Shown in pieces: positions 57,773 through 64,000 of a stretch of DNA of 64,000 nt. A program made the translations under genes and the position numbers. How positions within the stretch are numbered: position 1 is the stretch's first letter; each line of letters begins with the position of its first letter. This stretch comes from Methylibium sp. (GTDB lineage: Bacteria; Pseudomonadota; Gammaproteobacteria; Burkholderiales; Burkholderiaceae_C): NCBI GenBank assembly GCA_013824165.1, contig PNNH01000100.1, positions 26,917 through 90,916 of the forward strand, given 5' to 3'. The notes beneath the pieces were generated by a model. It saw nothing but the letters and a program-made list of their open reading frames with translations. It did no database searches and had not been told where the DNA came from.

Positions 57773-59473
57773 TCACTCCAGTGCTGATGAAACCTGGCTG
57801 ATTGGCGCCGTGCGCGGAAGCCGCAGCGTGAACGCCGCGCCGCCCTGGGCGGACGCGCCGGCTTCGATGCTGCCGCCCAGCAGGCCCTTGACCAGGCTGA
57901 AGCAGATGTGCAGGCCCAGGCCTGAGCCGCCCTGGCCCAGGCGCGTGGTGAAGAAGGGGTCGAAGATGCGCAGCAGGTTCTCGGGCGGAATGCCGCTGCC
58001 GTCGTCACTGACGCACATCAGCAGATGCTCAGGGCCGTCCGGCCTTGCGCTCACCGTGATGTGACCCTGGCTGTGCCCCTCGAAGGCGTGCAGCAGCGCG
58101 TTGTTGATCAGATTGATCAAGACCTGGCCCAGCGGCCCAGGGAAGCTGTCCAGCTGCAGCGGCTCCGGGATGTCGACGACGACCTCATGCGAGCTTCGGC
58201 GCAAGGCGGGACTCAGCGTCAACAGCACCTCGTCGACGCCGGTGCGCAGATCGAAGCTGCGGCGCTGGTAGCTCGACTGGTCCACCGCCAGTTGCTTGAA
58301 GCCATTGATCAGCTCGACCGCCCGGCTCAAGTTGCTCATCAGCATGCGCGAAATCTCGGCCACCGTCTGGGCGTAATGCTCTAGCGTCGACCGCGTCAGC
58401 TTCTGCGTGCGTTTCAGATCGAATTCGGCCGACAGCTGCTCCAGCGTGCTGCTGGTCAGCAAGGCATTGCCGATCGGCGTATTGAGCTCGTGCGCCACGC
58501 CTGCCACCAGGGCGCCCAGCGATGACAGGCGCTGCGTGCGCACCAGCTCGTCCTGTGCGCGCTGCACCACCTCCAGCGCGTCGGCCAGTTCGCGGGTGCG
58601 CAGCGCCACGCGCTCTTCCAGCGTCGCATTCAGTTCCCTGAGCGCCTGTTCTGCGCGCCGGTGCTCGGTGATGTCGCGGGCCACCCAGATGCTCAGATGG
58701 CGGCTGGACGACTGCCATTGCCGCGCCGAAACCTCGAAATTCAGGATCGAGCCGTCAGCGCGCCGCATGTCCAGCTGCTCGCCATCCACCTGGCCGTTCT
58801 GGCCGAAGCGCCGGCCCATCGCCGCCACCGCATTCATGTCGACCCACAGGTTCAGGTCGCGCGAGGTCTTGCCGATCACCTGCTGCTTGGTGTAGCCCAT
58901 CTTGGATGCCCAGGCGCGATTGATGTCGATGAACTCGCCGGTCTTGGCATCGCTGATCAGCAGCGTCTCAGGCACCACATCGAACAGCTGCAGCGCCACG
59001 GCCTCGCTGTCGCGCAAGGTCTGCTCCAGTTCGCGCTGGGCCTGGATGTCCTGCATGGACAGCACGGCCCAGTCGCGCCGGCGGCTGAGCACGCGGCGGG
59101 CGCAAATCCGGAACCAGCGCTGCTCGCTATCGCCTACCCGCAGCTGGGCGTCCAGCGCGGTTTCCGAGCCGGCAGAGGTCAGCGCGGCGATCAGGCGCGC
59201 CCGGTCCTGCGGGTCGATCCACAGGTTCAGTTCTTGCCCATTGCGCCCGACAGCCTGCCCGGCGCTCAGACCGAACTGCTGGTACCACTGTGGGTTGGCA
59301 TCGACCAGGCGGTAGCCTTGCAGCGGATCCACCAGGGCCATCGCAACCGGAGAGGCGTCAAAGACCCAGGCCATGTGCTCGCGGGCGCCGCGGCGGCGCA
59401 GGCAAAGCCAGAGCGCCGCGGCGACAAGCGAGGCAGCCGCGGCGATCAGCGCCAACAAGGTCGACAAGGTCAT
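57773..59473 (-). CDS. Membrane-anchored PAS/PAS sensor histidine kinase (no periplasmic domain)
   Basis: It has a single N-terminal TM segment (LLALIAAAASLVAAALWLCL), two PAS-like regions, an H-box (LVAGVAHELNTPIGN) and N/G boxes (LINLINNALLHAF, DDGSGIP, GGSGLGLHI). Confidence 0.9.
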   Translation of the reverse strand: MTLSTLLALIAAAASLVAAALWLCLRRRGAREHMAWVFDASPVAMALVDPLQGYRLVDANPQWYQQFGLSAGQAVGRNGQELNLWIDPQDRARLIAALTSAGSETALDAQLRVGDSEQRWFRICARRVLSRRRDWAVLSMQDIQAQRELEQTLRDSEAVALQLFDVVPETLLISDAKTGEFIDINRAWASKMGYTKQQVIGKTSRDLNLWVDMNAVAAMGRRFGQNGQVDGEQLDMRRADGSILNFEVSARQWQSSSRHLSIWVARDITEHRRAEQALRELNATLEERVALRTRELADALEVVQRAQDELVRTQRLSSLGALVAGVAHELNTPIGNALLTSSTLEQLSAEFDLKRTQKLTRSTLEHYAQTVAEISRMLMSNLSRAVELINGFKQLAVDQSSYQRRSFDLRTGVDEVLLTLSPALRRSSHEVVVDIPEPLQLDSFPGPLGQVLINLINNALLHAFEGHSQGHITVSARPDGPEHLLMCVSDDGSGIPPENLLRIFDPFFTTRLGQGGSGLGLHICFSLVKGLLGGSIEAGASAQGGAAFTLRLPRTAPISQVSSALE

Positions 59474-59559
59474 GGATCAGGTGTGGGTCGGGTGCCGCTG
59501 CAATTTAGCAGATGCCTGCCCGCCCGGCCTGATCCGGAAGCAGGCGGCTGCCGCGCTAT

Positions 59560-60747
59560 TCAGCCTTTGCCGGGAGGCTTGGGCGCCGCCTTGCCCTTGA
59601 CGGGTGCGGGCTCCGGCTTGACCGGTCGCGGAGGCGGGGCCGGCTTGGCTGTGACCTTGATGATGAAGTTGGCTTCGCGGTCGGCGGTCGGCGGGTGCGT
59701 GCGTGCATAGCCTTGCTCGTTGCCACCGCTGGCCGCCATGCTGTCGCGGAACTCATTCCAGGCCAGCGTCGGGTTCTGTCCGGCCGCCTTCAGCCAGTGG
59801 GCGGCGCAGGCATCGGCCTCAAGCTCCTGCTCGCTGGAGAAGTTCAGCTGCAACTCGCGCGCGAAGCTGATCAGCTGCGGCACCACGGTGATCGTGAACC
59901 AGCCGTCGCGGATCGGGTCGAAGCTGGCTCCGCGCTGCGCCCGCTGCAGCAACTTCTTGGCCAGCTCCCAGCCATCGCGGCTGGACAGCAGCTCGAACTG
60001 CATGCGCTTGACCGCATGGCGCTTGTAGACATGCGCCAGCTCATGCGCCAGCAGCAGATCGGCGCCGGCCGGCCGCTCGGACATGGTCTGCAACATATTG
60101 CGCGAGACCTGAATCAGGCCGCCGAACTTGGCGAAGGCGCCATCCGCTAGCTCTGGATTCATGCGCAGCTTGGCCTCGGCCGGGAAGTCGGTGGTCAGCG
60201 CGCGGAACTTGTCGAGCTGCGCCTGCACTTCCTTGAAGGCGTCTTGCTCGACCGGGGTCAGCGCGTCATCGCCGCGAGGGCTGACTAGATCGAAGGCGCT
60301 GCCCAGCTTGCTTTCCAGCTCAACCGGCAGCCAGACCGTGGTTTGCGCGACATAACGCAGCATCTCGCGGTCTTCGGGGCTGAGGTTGTCGTACTTGAAG
60401 TCCGAGGCCAGCAGGCGCTCCAGCCGCAGTGTGGCTTCGCTGCCGCCGTATTCGATCAGTTTCTCGGCGATGTTGAACTTCTCCTGCGGCCGCTTGCACT
60501 GGCGGTCGGGTGCCAGTTCGCTCTCGATCTTGGCCTTGCGCGCTGCGGCCTCGGGCGATTTCGAGTTGGCGGTCGCCAGCGTGTTGAGCGGCGCGCTGGC
60601 TGCCGCCTCAGCGGGCTTGGGCGGCAGGCCGGCTGCGGTCGGCGCCAGATTCTTCAGCAGTTCCAGGAACTGGGCCTGCGCGGGCAGGGCCAGCAACAGG
60701 CCGGCAGCCAGCAGGGCAGCGGCGCGGCGGGTCGGGGTGGGCTTCAT
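59560..60747 (-). CDS. Secreted M48-family zinc metalloprotease with Lys/Pro-rich C-terminal tail
   Basis: It has a signal peptide (AAGLLLALPAQAQ), HELAHVYKRH and a downstream EQELEAD. The tail reads KPAPPPRPVKPEPAPVKGKAAPKPPGKG. The start overlaps the upstream stop (ATGA at 60744-60747). Confidence 0.85.
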   Translation of the reverse strand: MKPTPTRRAAALLAAGLLLALPAQAQFLELLKNLAPTAAGLPPKPAEAAASAPLNTLATANSKSPEAAARKAKIESELAPDRQCKRPQEKFNIAEKLIEYGGSEATLRLERLLASDFKYDNLSPEDREMLRYVAQTTVWLPVELESKLGSAFDLVSPRGDDALTPVEQDAFKEVQAQLDKFRALTTDFPAEAKLRMNPELADGAFAKFGGLIQVSRNMLQTMSERPAGADLLLAHELAHVYKRHAVKRMQFELLSSRDGWELAKKLLQRAQRGASFDPIRDGWFTITVVPQLISFARELQLNFSSEQELEADACAAHWLKAAGQNPTLAWNEFRDSMAASGGNEQGYARTHPPTADREANFIIKVTAKPAPPPRPVKPEPAPVKGKAAPKPPGKG

Positions 60748-61586
60748 GGTGCGCGAGTCCTCAGTTCGGATTGCAGGGCGTCCCAGAACAGCTGGTTCTC
60801 GGCCAGCGTGTCATACCAGGCGAGCGCCTCGTCCATGCCCTGCTGCTGGACGCGCTGCTGCGCGCGCTGGCGCAGGCGTTGGACCATTGCGGATGACAGC
60901 AGCGAGAACTCGCCGCTGGCCAGCGCGCGGCCGTCGCCATCGAGCAGCCGGTACTGGTACAGGCCGCCGGGCTGCAACGTGCCGCCGCCCAGCACGGCGC
61001 GGCCCTCCTCGAAGCGCAGGCTCAGCTCGGCGCGGTAGCCCGGCAAGGGCGTGCCACGGGCGAGGCGCAGATGCAGGCTGGCGTTGAGATCGGCCTGGGT
61101 CAGTAGCATCAGCTGCTCGGCGTCGTTGGGCAGCACCGAGCCACAGGGCAGGCCCAGCTCGCAGGGCTTGCCTTCGCCGGCCGGGCGGCTCTCGCGGTTG
61201 TCGATGCCATGGCCGCCCACCGCCGCCTGCTTGGCCGCCATCGCCGTCTGCAGGCAGGCAGCGCTGAGCACCGAGCAGGGTTGGTCGGGCGGGTATTTGC
61301 TGAACAGCTCGGCCAAGCTGCGCCCGGACTCCTGCGGCGGTGGCGCGAACCAGCGGTTCTTGTGCATGTAGCGCAGCTCCACCGCCCCGGCGCTGACTTG
61401 CAGCTTCTCGCATTGGCGGGCCAGCAGCCACTGGCTGGGCCTGAGGGGCTCGTTTGCCGCCGGTGTCACCGCGCAGCCGGCCTGCTGGCAGGACAGCTTG
61501 CAGTCGACCGCCTGTGCGGCGCCAGAAGCCCACAGGCCCGACAGCAACAGGATCAGTGTGGGCAGGCGCGGGATCAGTCGTGTCAT
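60744..61586 (-). CDS. Secreted hypothetical protein, 8 Cys in the N-terminal half, Cys-free C-terminal half
   Basis: It has a signal peptide (LILLLSGLWASGAAQA) and a GAGGAG SD before ATG 61586. I recognise no family. Confidence 0.65.
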   Translation of the reverse strand: MTRLIPRLPTLILLLSGLWASGAAQAVDCKLSCQQAGCAVTPAANEPLRPSQWLLARQCEKLQVSAGAVELRYMHKNRWFAPPPQESGRSLAELFSKYPPDQPCSVLSAACLQTAMAAKQAAVGGHGIDNRESRPAGEGKPCELGLPCGSVLPNDAEQLMLLTQADLNASLHLRLARGTPLPGYRAELSLRFEEGRAVLGGGTLQPGGLYQYRLLDGDGRALASGEFSLLSSAMVQRLRQRAQQRVQQQGMDEALAWYDTLAENQLFWDALQSELRTRAP

Positions 61587-61604
61587 GCAGGCTCCTCGTC
61601 AATC

Positions 61605-63272
61605 TCAGTGGCTGGAATTGATCGCCAGCGCCACCACGCCGGCCAGCATCAGCGCCCAGTAGCCGAACAGGCGCAGGCGCGCATCAAGCGCTGAATCAAG
61701 TGGTGCTGCGGCCTGCAGGAAGACACGGGCCAGCAGACTGCGACGAGGCCCCGGCGAGTGGCGGTCGTGCTGCGCGCCGCTCGACCAGCCCTCCAGGAAG
61801 GCGTGCAGGCCCATGCCCAGCACCACATACATCGGGTTGAACCACAGCGGCTGCGCGGACCGGCTCATCAGCCAGCTGGCCAGCACCACGCCGAGCCAGC
61901 TGAACAGCAGCGCCAGCGCCACGCTGCTGGCGGCCAGCAGCAGCCGGGTCAGTCCCGGCAGGTGGTGGTGCAGGGCGCCAAGCAGATAGACATGGATCAT
62001 GCAGGCCAGCAGCACGAAGCCCGCGCCTAGCACCAGGTCGGCCAGTGCGCCCTGCCAGCTGGCTTCCTTTAGCGGCTGCTGCAGGCTCAGGGTCTGCAGC
62101 GCATGCAATGTGGCACCGCCCACCGGCCGCGCCAAGGCGCCGGGCGTGGCGAAGCGGTCGTTGCCAGCGCCGCCGTCGACACTGAGCATCAGGATTGGGG
62201 CTTGCAGGCGGTGCTCGCGCAGCTGCGCCTGCAGCTGCTCTGTCCAGCGGCCCTCGCCGTCCCAGCTCAGCGGCGTGAAGCGCAGCGCTTCGCTGTACAG
62301 CAGCGGCCAATTGAAATACGCCCGCTCATAGCGCGCTTCGAGCTGGTGCACGGCATAGCCGGGCGCGTCGGCCGGGTTCATGCGGTCTTCGGCCAGTTGG
62401 CTCGGGCCGGCCTTGGCCTCGGCGCACAGGTGCGTCAGGCTGCGCTGCACGTCGGGCTGCAGCTTCCCGGGCGTTGCGGCGAGATGGGCTAGCAAGCCCA
62501 GCGTAGGGAAGAGCGGGGAAAGACCACCAGCCTGCTTGGCCTGGGTCAGGTAGTACAGCGGGCCTTCATGCTCGCGCTGCATCAGGCGCGAGGAGGCGAA
62601 GTACAGGCCGTGCGGTTGGGCGGGAGTGTCGCTGCCGGCCACGCTGCCATCAGCAAGGCTGCAGCCGGCGGCCATCATGAATGTGTTGCGAGCCAGACGC
62701 TCTTCGTCCGTGCCGCGGTCCAGTGCGATGACCACAACCGCGACGTGCTGGCGCAGTGCTTTCAGGGCGCCGAGCATCGCGGGAAGTGCGCTGGCATCGT
62801 CCTTGGTCAGCGGGGCAAGATCCACGTCGATGGCTAGCACCCGGGGCTTGGCACCCGCAGCGATGCAGCGCTCGCCGTCGCCGAGGCATTGCGCCAGCTG
62901 CTGCAGCAGCTCGGCCATCGCCCGGCGGTCGATCGGCCGCACACCGTCCAGGCGGCGTATCGTGGCGGCATCCACATTGCCGGCCTCCAGGGCCAGCATC
63001 CTCAGATCGGCGCCGATCTCCAGCTGCTGCACCGCCAGCAGGTCGCGCGTGGCGGCGGGGCGCTCCTCTGTTGACTCGTGCTGCAGCAGGCGGCTGACGA
63101 CGGCGCTGGTGAAGCGGTGGTCGAAGCTCGCCAGCACATCCAGGTGCATCGCATGCAGCAGCTGCGTGACAGCGGTCAGCACCAGTGCCATGCGCAGCCC
63201 GCGCAGAAGCAGCTCCAGAAAACCCGGCTCGGCGCCGTGCGTTGGCGCCGTGTTGGCGGAAATCGCGGACAT
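61605..63272 (-). CDS. CHASE2-like extracytoplasmic sensor membrane protein without any output domain
   Basis: The order is an N-terminal TM segment, about 330 aa of periplasmic region (PRVLAIDVDLAPL, HVAVVVIALDRGTDEE), then 3-4 C-terminal TM helices, after which the protein ends. ATG 63272 is preceded by GGGAGGG. The track start at 63383 is probably too long. Confidence 0.7.
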   Translation of the reverse strand: MSAISANTAPTHGAEPGFLELLLRGLRMALVLTAVTQLLHAMHLDVLASFDHRFTSAVVSRLLQHESTEERPAATRDLLAVQQLEIGADLRMLALEAGNVDAATIRRLDGVRPIDRRAMAELLQQLAQCLGDGERCIAAGAKPRVLAIDVDLAPLTKDDASALPAMLGALKALRQHVAVVVIALDRGTDEERLARNTFMMAAGCSLADGSVAGSDTPAQPHGLYFASSRLMQREHEGPLYYLTQAKQAGGLSPLFPTLGLLAHLAATPGKLQPDVQRSLTHLCAEAKAGPSQLAEDRMNPADAPGYAVHQLEARYERAYFNWPLLYSEALRFTPLSWDGEGRWTEQLQAQLREHRLQAPILMLSVDGGAGNDRFATPGALARPVGGATLHALQTLSLQQPLKEASWQGALADLVLGAGFVLLACMIHVYLLGALHHHLPGLTRLLLAASSVALALLFSWLGVVLASWLMSRSAQPLWFNPMYVVLGMGLHAFLEGWSSGAQHDRHSPGPRRSLLARVFLQAAAPLDSALDARLRLFGYWALMLAGVVALAINSSH

Positions 63273-63444
63273 GGCCCTCCCTGCAGGCGCTCGTTCATCG
63301 GTCCTTGGCGCAAGCATGAAGCAAGCGGGGGTTCCGGGCATCAGGTCTTCCCGCAGGGGCGGACTCCCAAAGTTAGGGGGCACGACCCTGGTGCTGTGCC
63401 GGAACGGGACGTCAAGAGAGGGTCACAAATGAGCCGCGTGACGA

Positions 63445-63488
63445 CCAAAAAAAGGAAAAGGCCCCGGCCGTGCAACACGACCAGGGCC
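63445..63488 (-). terminator. Intrinsic terminator after the iorB-like gene
   Basis: On the minus strand, GGCCCTGG-13 nt loop-CCGGGGCC is followed by TTTTCCTTTTTTTGG. Confidence 0.7.
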
Positions 63489-63513
63489 CGCAGGCGGAGC
63501 GTTCTGCACCGGG

Positions 63514-64000
63514 TCAGGCGGTTTTCTTCAGCCCCGCCGCGTCTATCGGCAGCGTGCGAACCCGCACGCCGGTCGCGGCGAAGAGGGCATTGCAGACCGC
63601 CGGTGCGATCGGCGGGGTGCCGGGCTCGCCGATGCCGCCGGGTGCTTCCTGGCTGGCGATGATCTCCACCTCCACCTTGGGCATCTCGTTGATGCGCAGC
63701 ACCGGGTAGTCGTGGAAGTTGCCCTGCTCGACGCGGCCGTCCTTATGGCTGATGCGCCCATACAGGGCCGCCGTCAGGCCGTAGACGATGCCGCCTTCGA
63801 TCTGGCGGGCGATGGTCAGCGGGTTGACCGTCTGGCCGCAGTCAACTGCTGCGACCACCTTGTGCACGCGCGGCGTGCCGTCGGCGGCCACCGAGACCTC
63901 GGCCACTTCGGCGACGATGCTGCCGAAGCTCTCGGCCAGTGCGATGCCATGGTGACGCCCCTTGGGCAGCGGCTTGCCCCAGCCGGCCTTGGCCGCGGCG
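63514..64000 (-). CDS. Molybdopterin-binding subunit of an aldehyde oxidase/xanthine dehydrogenase-family enzyme (IorB-like), C-terminal part. The 5' end lies beyond the window end.
   Basis: The protein contains [37 protein letters not shown] and [32 protein letters not shown]. The frame continues open to position 64000. Confidence 0.8.
   Translation of the reverse strand, partial: AAAKAGWGKPLPKGRHHGIALAESFGSIVAEVAEVSVAADGTPRVHKVVAAVDCGQTVNPLTIARQIEGGIVYGLTAALYGRISHKDGRVEQGNFHDYPVLRINEMPKVEVEIIASQEAPGGIGEPGTPPIAPAVCNALFAATGVRVRTLPIDAAGLKKTA

Overview
This is a very GC-rich chromosomal segment; third codon positions are almost all G/C. Gene content and order look like a betaproteobacterium of the order Burkholderiales (Comamonadaceae or the Rubrivivax/Leptothrix-like group), but that taxonomy is inference only. 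I support about 55 tightly packed protein-coding genes. I saw no rRNA, tRNA, CRISPR array, transposase, integrase or phage genes, so this looks like core chromosome rather than an island.

Main blocks, left to right:
- icmF (partial)
- nitrate assimilation cluster: nasT, nrtABD-like transporter, nirBD, nasA, cobA
- MCP, coaX and a K+ channel
- minus-strand run: COG0523 GTPase, Zn-finger-less dksA, 604-aa STAS-like protein, hslVU
- corC-lnt-glyQS-gmhB-plsC
- MBL hydrolase / MerR (LiuR-like) divergent pair, followed by a DUF898-M48 pair
- Fur-controlled cell-surface-signalling iron module: hybrid sigma-FecR, TonB-dependent transducer, PepSY protein
- thiamine operon thiC-O-S-G-DE behind a TPP riboswitch
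- TPR-GGDEF cyclase; LysR/azoR/pirin; an orphan MshE/GspE-like ATPase
- cueR-copA / copZ with mirrored MerR-type promoters
- a four-gene cluster: an output-less CHASE2 membrane protein, an 8-Cys periplasmic protein, a periplasmic M48 protease and a sensor-less PAS histidine kinase
- iorB-like gene (partial)

The CHASE2 cluster is my best candidate for an undescribed signalling system. Other points worth a second look:
- a gmhB homologue that has lost both catalytic aspartates
- a shared triple-ACGT operator linking icmF to the LiuR-like regulator
- a sigma54 promoter plus leader terminator in front of nrtA
- a probable leaderless copA transcript

The many long antisense ORFs in the track are treated as GC-content artefacts. 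All calls come from reading the translations and the DNA; no searches were run.
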